Part shown: positions 45,195-57,900 of the stretch, in pieces
Numbering within the stretch: the stretch's first letter is position 1
Layout: every line of letters starts with the position of its first letter
From: Eledone cirrhosa
Lineage: Eukaryota
NCBI GenBank assembly: GCA_964016885.1
Contig: OZ024749.1
Span: forward strand, 9,052,001-9,116,000
Reading direction: 5' to 3'
Length of the DNA stretch: 64,000 nucleotides
Made by a program: the position numbers and the translations under genes
The notes under the pieces: generated by a model
What the model saw: only the letters and a program-made list of their open reading frames with translations
Databases searched by the model: none
Told to the model about the DNA's origin: nothing

Positions 45195-45281
45195 TTATTT
45201 TATGTTGTTTATTACATAACTAATAAGCTCTGTAGCCTACATAGAGCACTCTTTTTTCCTGTACCTTTCCGACGGAAATAC

Positions 45282-45314
<33 letters not shown>

Positions 45315-45316
<2 letters not shown>

Positions 45317-45674
45317 AGTGGGTGTAACTAGGAGTTACTGCAGGTTCACCCGGGTGAGCACTCGATGTTTAGGTTCACTTCTGTGATGATGTGTAGAGCT
45401 ATACAGAGTGTAAAATATAGAAAGGATAAAAAGGATGATTGATTATTCCTTCATTGCATTTATTGATAGGTGACGCGCGTTTCGCCACTGATCAGCTCAA
45501 GGTTCGATCTATATCGATCCTACCCGACTCAGCATTTTAAGAGGGTCCGTCGAGCTGCCGATTATTGAGTCGGGTAGGATCGATATAGATCGAACCTTGA
45601 GCTGATCAGTGGCGAAACGCGCGTCACCTATCAATAAATGCAATGAAGGAATAATCAATTGTCCTTTTTATCCT

Positions 45675-45679
<5 letters not shown>
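45315..45679 (-). mobile_element. Fold-back element with hammerhead 3' halves
   Basis: Arms ~45417-45531/45566-45679, tail on the left; GAAA-cgcgcg-TC at 45614-45625; relative at ~25886-25980. Confidence 0.7.
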
Positions 45680-45713
<34 letters not shown>

Positions 45714-45716
<3 letters not shown>

Positions 45717-46254
45717 CTTTGATAACTTTGATAGGTTTCGGCCAGTATTGGCCCAGGCCATGTCTAACTTAATAGCACCACCTGGCGAAGTCTTACAAAT
45801 CAGTGTTTGGGCACCATGGCCCACTCGAGCAGAGAGTTATTGTTTACGGGGGCATATCCGGGTGTAGGAGGCTTATCCGGGATTTCTTGAAGGAATTTAT
45901 CCAAAGACTTCTTGAACTTGATGGGGTCAGTCTCTGTTTTGATGTGTCTTGGTGTAATGTTAAAGAGTGCGGGGCCAATTGAGGTGAAATAATTGTGTCG
46001 TATTGTTATGTGATGCGAGTGAGATTTTTGTCGTGGGCGGATAAGCGTGGGGCCCAAACCTTGGGTGTACATTAAAGGTGATGCCAACATCATTTGGGCA
46101 AAGCTGATGGAATATTTTCCACATCATACAGATAATGTAGCGCTCATGGCGGCGTTGGAGAGAATAAAGGTTGAGCTTTTCTAATGGACCCCAATAGTCT
46201 AGGCCTGTCATGCCATCTATCTTTTTTGTAATTGACCTTTGGGGTGCTTCAACT
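45714..46254 (-). mobile_element. 5'-truncated CR1-clade LINE 3' end (ORF2 C-terminus, frameshifted) with tandem-repeat tail
   Basis: KVEAPQRSITKKIDGMTGLDYW..LEKLNLYSLQRRHERYII..MWKI, then NYFTSIGPALFN..P..IK....FKKSLDKFLQEIPDKP..PGY...NNSL; 3' tail (atcaaagtt)2. Confidence 0.85.
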
Positions 46255-46539
46255 TTATATATAGATACTTAGATATAGTGGTGGTTTCTATATAACTAAA
46301 TATCTACATATCTCCATATCTATATATCTATATATCTATATATCTATATATTTACATCTATATATCTATATATCTATATGTCTACATCTATATATATATA
46401 TATATATATATCTATATATCTATATATTTACATCTATATATCTATATATCTATATATCTATATGTCTACATCTATATATATATATATATATATACATCTA
46501 TATATCTATATCTACACATATATATATATATGATGATGA

Positions 46540-46590
<51 letters not shown>

Positions 46591-46949
46591 TATATATCTC
46601 TCAGTATCCAACTATGTTCAAATCCCGTCAAAGTCAACTCGACTTTCTCTCTTCATCCTGCTTTTTTTTTTCTTCTTTATTTTTATTTTTTGTTCTTCTC
46701 AAGATCAATCCACTACAAAAGTAATAAAATAAATAACAGAATAAAGTAGTAGAGTCATGTAGTATGAGGTAGCTAATCGATTGTCGACTTCCCTGCAGAC
46801 GTTCTAACCTTGTGCCACAATAAGAAATCGATATTTTTAAAAGAGCAAAATTCCACAAAACTTCATTTACATTGAATTTATTTGGCCATTGCTAGTTAAC
46901 GAAACACTTGTCAATTCTGTATTGTCCCGCTGCCTACAGCTACACGGCC

Positions 46950-47730
46950 GTACATACACTGGCATACACATACATATTGGCATACACACACACATACTGG
47001 CATACACACGGCCCTACACACATACAGTGGCATACACATACATATATATGTGTACATACTGGCATACACATACATATTGGCATACACACACACATACAGT
47101 GGCATACACATACATATATATGCGTACATACTGGCATACACATACATATATAGGTACATATTGGCATACACACACACATACTGCCATACATACACACGGC
47201 CCTACACACATACAGTGGCATACACATACATATATATGTGTACATACTGGCATACACATACATATATAGGTACATATTGGCATACACACACACATACTGG
47301 CATACACACGGCCCTACACACATACAGTGGCATACACATACATATATAGGTACATATTGGCATACACACACACATACTGGCATACACATACATATATAGG
47401 TACATACTGGCATACACACACACATCTTGGCATACACACGGCCCTACACACATGCACTGGCATACACATACATATATATGTGTACATACTGGCATACACA
47501 TACATATATAGGTACATATTGGCATACACACACACATCTTGGCATACACACGGCCCTACACACATACAGTGGCATACACATACATATATATGTGTACATA
47601 CTGGCATACACATACATATATATGGACATATTGGCATACACACACACACACTGGCACACACACACGTATATACTGGCATACACACACATATATATGTACA
47701 CACTGCCGTACACACACACTTACACACGCA
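46950..47730. repeat. Compound CA-rich minisatellite built from tggcatacaca modules
   Basis: Direct reading. Confidence 0.85.
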
Positions 47731-47785
47731 TAGATATATGAAGAGTTGCTTCAGGCATCGTTTCCAGACAGAATTGTATTGTGAA

Positions 47786-48409
47786 GTGGTGGTGGTGGTG
47801 GTGGTGGTGGTGGTGGTGGTGGTGGTGGTTGTGGTGGTGGTGGTGGTTGTGGTGGTGGTGGTGTGGTGGTGGTGGTGGTGGTGGTGGTGGTGGTGTGGTG
47901 TGGTGGTGGTGGTGGTGGTGGTGTGGTGGTGGTGGTGGTGGTGGTGGTGGTGGTGGTGGTGGTGGTGTGGTGTGGTGGTGGTGGTGGTGGTGGTGGTGGT
48001 GGTGGTGGTGGTGGTGGTGGTGGTGGTGGTGGTGGTGGTGGTGGTGGTGGTGGTGGTGGTGTAGTGTGGTGGTGGTGGTGGTGGTGTGATGGTGGTGGTG
48101 GTGGTGGTGGTGGTGGTGGTGGTGGTGGTGGTGGTGGTGGTGTGGTGTGGTGGTGGTGGTGGTGGTGGTGTGGTGGTGGTGGTGGTGGTGGTGGTGGTGG
48201 TGGTGGTGGTGGTGGTGGTGATGGTGGTGGTGGCGGTGGTGTGGTGGTGGTGGTGGTGGTGGTGGTGGTGTGGTGGTGGTGGTGGTGGTGGTGGTGGTGG
48301 TGGTGGTCATCGTGGTGGTAGTGGTGGTGGTGTTGTGGTGGTGGTGGTGGTAGTGGTGGTGGTGGTGGTGGTGGTGTGGTGGTGGTGGTGGTGGTGGTGG
48401 TGGTGGTGC

Positions 48410-48440
<31 letters not shown>

Positions 48441-50916
48441 GGTGGTGGTGTTGTGGTGGTGGTGGTGGTGGTGGTGGTGGTGGTGGTGGTTTGTGGTGGT
48501 GGTGGTGGTGGTGGTGGTGGTGGTGGTGGTGGTGGTGGTGGTGGTTTGTGGTGGTGGTGGTGGTGGTTGTGGTGGTGGTTGTGGTGGTTGTGGTGGTGGT
48601 GGTGGTGGTCGTGGTGGTAGTGGTGGTGGTGTTGTGGTGGTGGTGGTGGTGGTGGTGGTGGTGGTGGTGGTGGTGGTGGTGGTGGTGGTGGTGGTTTGTG
48701 GTGGTGGTGGTGGTGGTGGTGGTGTTGGTGGTGGTGGTGGTGGTGGTGGTGGTGGTGGTAGTGTGGTGGTGGTGGTGGTGGTGGTGGTGGTGGTGGTGGT
48801 TTGTGGTGGTGGTGGTGGTGGTGGTGGTGGTGGTGGTGGTGGTGGTGGTGGTGGTGGTGGTGGTTTGTGGTGGTGGTGGTGGTTGTGGTGGTGGTTGTGG
48901 TGGTTGTGGTGGTGGTGGTGGTGGTCGTGGTGGTAGTGGTGGTGGTGTTGTGGTGGTGGTGGTGGTGGTGGTGGTGGTGGTGGTGGTGGTGGTGGTGGTG
49001 GTGGTGGTGGTTGGTGGTGGTGGTGGTGGTGGTGGTGGTGGTGGTGGTGGTGGTGGTGGTAGTGTGGTGGTGGTGGTGGTGGTGGTAGTGGTGGTGATGG
49101 TGGTGGTGGTGGTGGTGCTGGTGGTGGTGGTGGTGGTGGTGGTGGTGGTGGTTGTGGTGGTGGTGGTGGTTGTGGTGGTGGTTGTGGTGGTTGTGGTGGT
49201 GGTGGTCGTGGTCGTGGTGGTAGTGGTGGTGGTGTTGTGGTGGTGGTGGTGGTTTGTGGTGGTGGTGGTGGTGGTGGTGGTGGTGGTGGTGGTGGTGGTG
49301 GTGGTGGTAGTGTGGTGGTGGTGGTGGTGGTGGTGGTGGTGGTAGTGGTGGTGATGGTGGTGGTGGTGGTGGTGGTGGTGGTGTGGTGGTGGTGGTGGTG
49401 GTGGTGGTAGTGTGGTGGTGGTGGTGGTGGTGGTGTGGTGGCGGTGTTGGTGGTGGTGTTGGTGGCGGTGTTGGTGGTGGTGGTGGTGTGGTGGCGGTGT
49501 TGGTGGTGGTGTTGGTGGTGGTGGTGGTGGTGGTGGTGGTGTGGTGGTGGTGGTGGTGGTGTGGTGGTGGTGTGGTGGTGGCGGTGTGGTGGTGGCGGTG
49601 GTGGTGCGGTGGTGGTGTGGTGGTGGCGGTGTGGTGCTGGTGGTGTTGGGGGGGTGGTAGTGGTGGTGGTGGTGGTGGTGGTGGTGGTGGTGGTGGTGGT
49701 GGTGGTGTGGTGGCGGTGTTGGTGGTGGTGTTGGTGGTGGTGGTGGTGTGGTGGTGGTGGTGGTGGTGGTGTGGTGGTGGTGGTGGTGGTGTGGTGGTGG
49801 TGTGGTGGTGGCGGTGTGGTAGTGTTGGGGGGGTACTTGTGGCGGTGGTGGTGGTGGTGGTGGTGGTGCTGGTGGTGGGGGTGGTGCTGGTGGTGTTGGG
49901 GGTGGTGGTGGTACTTGGGGGGGGTACTTGTGGCGGTGGTGGCGCTGGCGATGGTGGTGTGGTGGTGGTGGTGTGTGTATCGGGGGGGGGGGTATTAGTG
50001 GTGGTGGTGTGGTGGTGGTGGTGGTGGTGTTGATGGTGGTGTTGGTGTTGGTGGTGTTGGTGGTGGTGGTGGTGGTGGTGGTGGTGGCGTGGTGTTGGTG
50101 TTGTTGTTGGTGATGGTGGTGGTGGTAGTGGTGGTGGTGTTGGTGTTGTTGTTGGTGATGGTGTTGGTGGCGGCGGTGGTGATGGTGGGGTGGTGGTGCG
50201 GTGGTGGTGGTGGTGATGGCGGTGGTGGTAGTGGTGGTGGTGGTGGTTGTGGTGTTGGTGGTGGTGGTGGTGGTGTTGGTGGTGGTGTTGGTGGTGGTGT
50301 TGGTAGTGGTGGTGGTGTTGCTGGTGGTGTTGGTGGTGGTGTTGGTGGTGGTGGTGGTGTTGGTGGTGGTGTTGGTGGTGGTGATGGTGGTGGTGTTTGT
50401 GGTGGTGTTGGTCTTGGTGGTGGTGGTGTTGGTGGTGGTGTTGGTGGTGGTGTTGGTGGTGGTGGTGTTGGTGGTGGTGTTGGTGGTGGTGTTGGTGGTG
50501 GTGATGGTGATGGTGGTAGTGGTGGTGGTGTTGGTGGTGGTGGTGGTGTTGGTGGTGGTGTTGGTGGTGGTGTTGGTGGTGGTGTTGGTAGTGGTGGTGG
50601 TGTTGGTGGTGGTGTTGCTGGTGCTGTTGGTGGTGGTGTTGGTGGTGGTGGTGTTGGTGGTGGTGTTGGTGGTGGTGTTGGTGGTGGTGTTGGTGATGGT
50701 GGTAGTGGTGGTTGTGTTGGTAGTGGTGGTGGTGGTGTTGGTGGTGGTGGTGTTGGTGGTGGTGTTGGTGTTGGTGGTGGTGGTGTTGGTGGTGGTGGTG
50801 GTGGTGGTGGTGTTGGTGGTGGTGTTGGTGGTGGTGTTGCTGGTGGTGTTGGTGTTGGTGGTGGTGGTGTTGGTGGTGGTGGTGTTGGTGGTGGTGTTGG
50901 TGTTGTTGTGGTGGTG
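47786..50916. repeat. Large degenerate (GGT)n microsatellite
   Basis: Direct reading; source of the 1239-aa and 881-aa His/Thr/Pro ORFs. Confidence 0.97.
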
Positions 50917-50944
50917 GATGCTCGTTGCTATTACAGTTTTTGTA

Positions 50945-50984
50945 GATGTTGCTCTTGTTGTTGTTGTTGTTGTTCCATTGGTTG

Positions 50985-51018
<34 letters not shown>

Positions 51019-51128
51019 CCATTCGTTGTGTTGTTGTTGTTGTTGTCGTTCCATTGGTTGTGTTGTTGTTGTTGTTGTTGTTGTTGTCGTCGTTGTTGTT
51101 GTTGTTGTTGGTGTCGTTCCATTGGTTG

Positions 51129-51174
<46 letters not shown>

Positions 51175-51437
51175 GGTGTCGTTCCATTGGTTGTGTTGTT
51201 GTTGTTGTTGTTATTGTTGTTGTTGTCGTTGTTGTTGTTGTTGGTGTCGTTCCATTGGTTGTGTTGTTGTTGTTCCAATGGTAGTGTTGTTGTTGTTGTC
51301 GTTCCATTGGTTGTGTTGTTGTTGTTGTTGTTGTTGTCGTTCCATTGGTTGTGTTGTTTTTGCTGTTGTTGTTGTCGTTCCATTGGTTGTGTTGTTGTTG
51401 CTGTTGTTGTTGTTGTCGTTCCATTGGCTGTGTTGTC
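50945..51437. repeat. (GTT)n tract punctuated by gtcgttccattggttgt
   Basis: Direct reading. Confidence 0.9.
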
Positions 51438-51658
51438 AAGTTCCATTAAATCAGTTAAACCTCATGCCACATCATATTACTCAATCTTGATCGAAATAAC
51501 GATTTAAATTTCGTTTGTGATTCACTATATTTACACACACACACACTGGATATAAATATATGTATACACATGTGTATGTATATATCTATATATCTATATA
51601 TAAGTATACACATAAATATGCATCAATAAACACAGAAGTATGTATGTACGTATGTGTG

Positions 51659-51695
<37 letters not shown>

Positions 51696-51954
51696 TAGCT
51701 CGTACACAAGATATAATTTGTGAAACATTTTGATATATATTTGTCTGTGTACGCAATGTGCGTGTGTGGAACTGTGTGTGTATAACGTGTATCTGTGAGT
51801 GGGTGTGGTGTGCTTCTGACGCGTGTGTGTATGTGTGTCTGTGGGGGGGTGACTTGTGTGTATGTACTATTTTACCATACAGGGATAATTAAGAAAACCT
51901 GAATAAAAATAAGATTTAAGTCCATATGTATCTGTAGAGTACAATAAGTGTACA

Positions 51955-54900
51955 GATCAACTGTGTTACAAGGTATAGTACACACTAGTTCACCAGGTCA
52001 ACTGTTACAAGATTTAGTACACACTAGTTCACCGGGTCAACTGTGTTACAAGATATAGTACACACTAGTTCACCAGGTCAACTGTGTTACAAGATGTAGT
52101 ACACACTAGTTCACCAGGTGAACTGTGTTACAAGGTATAGTACACACTAGTTCACCAGGTCAACTGTGTTACAAGATATAGTACACACTAGTTCACCAGG
52201 TCAACTGTTACAAGATTTAGTACACACTAGTTCACCGGGTCAAATGTGTTACAAGATATAGTACACACTAGTTCACCAGGTCAACTGTGTTACAAGATAT
52301 AGTACACACTAGTTCACCAGGTGAACTGTGTTACAAGGTATAGTACACACTAGTTCACCAGGTCAACTGTGTTACAAGTTATAGTACACACTAGTTCACC
52401 AGGTCAACTGTTTTACAAGATATAGTACACACTAGTTCACCAGGTCAACTGTGTTACAAGATATAGTACACATTAGTTCACCAGGTCAAACTGTGTTACA
52501 AGATGTAGTACACACTAGTTCACCAGGTCAACTGTGTTACAAGTTATAGTACACACTAGTTCACCAGGTCAACTGTTTTACAAGATATAGTACACATTAT
52601 TTCACCAGGTCAACTGTGTTACAAGATGTAGTACACACTAGTTCACCAGGTCAACTGTGTTACATGGTATAGTACACACTAGTTCACCAGGTCAACAGTG
52701 TTACAAGATATAGGACACACTAGTTCACCGGATCAACTGTTTTACAAGATATAGTAAACACTAGTTCACCAGGTCAACTGTGTTGCAAGATATAGTACAC
52801 ACTAGTTCACCAGGTCAACTGTGTTACAAGATATAGTACACACTAGTTCACCAGGTCAACTGTGTTACATGATATAGTACACACTAGTTCACCAGGTCAA
52901 CTGTGTTACAAGATATAGTACACACTAGTTCACCAGGTCAACTGTGTTACAAGATATAGTACACACTAGTTCACCAGGTCAACTGTGTTACAAGATATAG
53001 TACACACTAGTTCACCAGGTCAACTGTGTTACAAGTTATAGTACACACTAGTTCACCAGGTCAACTGTGTTACATGATATAGTACACACTATTTCACCAG
53101 GTCAACTGTGTTACAAGATATAGTACACACTAGTTCACCAGGTCAACTGTGTTACAAGATATAGTACACACTAGTTCACCAGGTCAACAGTGTTACAAGA
53201 TATAGTACACACTAGTTCACCAGGTCAACTGTGTTACAAGATATATTACACACTAGTTCACCAGGTCAACTGTGTTACATGATATAGTACACACTAGTTC
53301 ACCAGGTCAACTGTGTTACAAGATATAGTACACACTAGTTCACCAGGTCAACTGTGTTACAAGATATAGTACACACTAGTTCACCAGGTCAACTGTGTTA
53401 CATGATATAGTACACACTAGTTCACCAGGTCAACTGTGTTACAAGATATAGTACACACTAGTTCACCAGGTCAACTGTGTTACAAGATATAGTACACACT
53501 AGTTCACCAGGTCAACAGTGTTACAAGATATAGTACACACTAGTTCACCAGGTCAACTGTGTTACAAGATATAGTACACACTAGTTCACCAGGTCAACTG
53601 TGTTACATGATATAGTACACACTATTTCACCAGGTCAACTGTGTTACAAGATATAGTACACACTAGTTCACCAGGTCAACTGTGTTACAAGATATAGTAC
53701 ACACTAGTTCACTAGGTCAACAGTGTTACAAGATATAGTACACACTAGTTCACCAGGTCAACTGTGTTACAAGATATAGTACACACTAATTCACCAGGTC
53801 AACTGTGTTACATGATATAGTACACACTAGTTCACCAGGTCAACTGTGTTACAAGATATAGTACACACTAGTTCACCAGGTCAACTGTGTTACAAGATAT
53901 AGTACACACTAGTTCACCAGGTCAACAGTGTTACAAGATATAGTACACACTAGTTCACCAGGTCAACTGTGTTACAAGATATAGTACACACTAGTTCACC
54001 AGGTCAACTGTGTTACAAGTTATAGTACACACTAGTTCACCAGGTCAACTGTGTTACAAGATATAGTACACACAAGTTCACCAGGTCAGCTGTGTTACAT
54101 GATATAGTACACACTAGTTCACCAGGTCAACTGTGTTACAAGATATAGTACACACAAGTTCACCAGGTCAACTGTGTTACATGATATAGTACACACTAGA
54201 TCACCAGGTCAACTGTGTTACAAGATATAGTACACACTAGTTCACCAGGTCAACTGTGTTACAAGATATAGTACACACTAGTTCACCAGGTCAAATGTGT
54301 TACAAGGTATAGTACACCCTAGTTCATACGGTCAATTTGTTACAAGGTATAGTACACAATAGTTCACCAGGTCAACTGTGTTCCAAGGTATAGTACACAC
54401 TAGTTCACCAGGTCAACTGCGTTACATGATATAGTACACACTAGTTCACCAGGTCAACTGTGTTACAAGATATAGTAAACACTAGTTCACCAGTTCAACT
54501 GTGTTACATGATATAGTACACACTAGTTCACCAGGTCAACTGTGTTACATGATATAGTACACACTAGTTCACCAGGTCAACTGAGTTACAAGATATAGTA
54601 CACACTAGTTCATCAGGTCAACAGTGTTACAAGATATAGTACACACTAGTTCACCAGGTCAACTGTGTTACAAGTTATAGTACACACTAGTACACCAGGT
54701 CACCTGTGTTACAATTTATAGTATACACTAATTCACCAGGTCAACTGTGTTACAAGGTATCGTACACACTAGATCACCAGGTCAACTGTGTTACAAGATA
54801 TAGTACAGACTAGTTCACCAGGTCAACAGTGTTACAAGATATAGTACACACTAGATCACCAGGTCAACTGTGTTACAAGATATAGTACACACTAGTTCAC

Positions 54901-57900
54901 CAGGTCAACTGTGTTACAATATATAGTACACACTAGTTCACCAGGTCAACTGTGTTACAAGATATAGTACACACTAGTTCACCAGGTCAACTGTGTTACA
55001 AGATATAGTACAGACTAATTCACCAGGTCAACTGTGCTACAAGTTATAGTACACACTAGTTCACCAGTTCAAATGTGTTACAAGATATAGTAGAGACTAG
55101 ATCACCAGGTCAACTGTGTTGCAAGATATAGTACACACTAGTTCACCAGGTCAACTGTATTACAAGGTATAGTACACACTAGTTCACCAGGTCAACTGTG
55201 TTACAAAGTATAGTACACACTAGTTCACCAGGTCAACTGTGTTACATGTTATAGTACACACTAGTTCACCAGTTCAACTGTGTTATAAGGTATAGTACAC
55301 ACTAGTTCACCAGGTCAACTGTGTTACAACATATAGTACACACTAGTTCACCAGGTCAAATGTGTTACAATGTATAGTACACACTAGTTCACCAGGTCAA
55401 CTGTGTTACAAGATATAGTACACACTAGTTCACCAGGTCAACTGTGTTACAAGATATAGTACACACTAGTTCACCAGGTCAACTATGTTACAAGATATAG
55501 TACACACTAGATCACCAGGTCAACCGTATTACAAGGTATAGTACACACTAGTTGACCAGGTCAACTGTGTTACAAGTTATAGTACACACTAGTTCACCAG
55601 GTCAACTGTGTTACAAGATATAGTACACACTAGTTCACCAGGTCAATTGTGTTACAAGATATAGTACACACTAGTTCACCAGGTCAACTATGTTACAAGA
55701 TATAGTACACGCTAGTTCACCAGGTCAACCGTGTTACAAGGTATAGTACACACTAGTTGACCAGGTCAACTGTGTTACAAGTAATAGTACACACTAGTTC
55801 ACCGGGTCAACTCTGTTACAAGATATAGTACAGACTAGTTCACCGGCTCAACTGTGTTACAAGATATAATACACACTAGTTCACCAGGTCAACTGTGTTA
55901 CAAGTTATAGTACACACTAGTTCACCGGGTCAACTGTGTTACAAGATATAGTACAGACTAGTTCACCGGGTCAACTGTGTTACAAGATATAGTACACACT
56001 AGTTCACTAGGTCAACTGTCTCACAAGGTATAGTACACACTAGTTCAGCAGGTCAACTGTGTTACAAGGTATAGTACACACTAGTTCACCAGGTCAACTG
56101 TGGTACAATATATAGTACACACTAGTTCACCAGGTCAACTGTGTTACAAGGTGTAGTACACACTAGTTTACCATGTCAACCTTGTTACAAGATATAGTAC
56201 ACACTAGTTCACCAGGTCAACTATGTTACAAGATATAGTACACACTAGTTCACCAGGTCAACTGTGTTACAAGATATAGTACACACTAGTTCACCAGGTC
56301 AACTGTGTTACAAGATATAGTACACACTAGTTCACCAGGTCAACTGTGTTACAAGATATAGTACACACTAGTTCACCAGGTCAACTGTGTTACAAGATAT
56401 AATACACACTAGTTCACTAGGTCAACTGTGTTACAAGATATAGTACAGACTAGTTCACCGGGTCAACTGTGTTACAAGATATAGTACACACTAGTTCACC
56501 AGGTCAACTGTGTTACAAGATATAGTACACACTAGTTCACTAGGTCAACTGTGGTACAATATAGTACAAGATATAGTACACACTAGTTCACCAGGTCAAC
56601 TATGTTACAAGATATAGTACACACTAGTTCACCAGGTCAACTGTGTTACAAGATATAGTACACACTAGTTCACCAGGTCAACTGTGTTACAAGATATAGT
56701 ACACACTAGTTCACCAGGTCAACTGTGTTACAAGATATAGTACACACTAGTTCACTAGGTCAACTGTGTCACAAGGTATAGTACAGACTAGTTCACCAGG
56801 TCAACTGTGTTACAAGGTATAGTACACACTAGTTCACCAGGTCAACTGTATTACAAGTTATTATACACACTAGTTCACCAGGTCAACTGTGTTACAAGGT
56901 ATAGTACACACTAGATCACCAGGTCAACCGTGTTACAAGGTATAGTACACACTAGTTCACCAGGTCAACCGTGTTACAAGGTATAGTACACACTAGTTCA
57001 CCAGGTCAACTGTGTTACAAGGTATCGTACACACTAGATCACCAGGTCAACTGTGTTACAAGATATAGTACAGTCTAGTTCACCAGGTTAACAGTGTTAC
57101 AAGATATAGTACACACTAGATCACCAGGTCAACTGTGTTACAAGATATAATACACACTAGTTCACCAGGTCAACTGTGTTACAATATATAGTACACACTA
57201 GTTCACCAGGTCAACTGTGTTACAAGATATAGTACACACTAGTTCACCAGGTCAACTGTGCTACAAGATATAGTACAGACTAGTTCACCAGGTCAACTGT
57301 GTTACAAGTTATAGTACACACTAGTTGACCAGGTCAACTGTGTTACAGGATATAGTACACACTAGATCACCAGGTCAACTGTGTTACAAGATATAGTACA
57401 CACTAGTTCACCAGGTCAACTGTATTACAAGGTATAGTACACACTAGTTCACCAGGTCAACTGTGTTACAATATATAGTACACACTAGTTCACCAGGTCA
57501 ACTGTGTTACAAAGTATAGTACAAACTAGTTCACCAGGTCAACTGTGTTACATGTTATAGTACACACTAGTTCACCAGTTCAACTGTGTTACAAGGTATA
57601 GTACACACTAGTTCACCAGGTCAACTGTGTTACAACATATAGTACACACTAGTTCACCAGGTCAAATGTGTTACAATGTATAGTACACACTAGTTCACCA
57701 GATCAACTGTGTTACAAGATATAGTACACACTAGTTCACCAGGTCAACTGTGTTACAAGATATAGTACACACTAGTTCACCAGGTCAACTATGTTACAAG
57801 ATATAGTACACACTAGATCACCAGGTCAACCGTGTTACAAGGTATAGTACACACTAGTTGACCAGGTCAACTGTGTTACAAGTTATAGTACACACTAGTT

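Noticed and set aside
47720-51507. 1239-aa His/Pro/Thr-rich ORF and Gly/Val/Trp-rich ORFs
   Set aside because: (GGT)n/(GTT)n microsatellite with frequent frame slips; it superficially resembles His- or Gly-rich structural proteins but has no coherent frame
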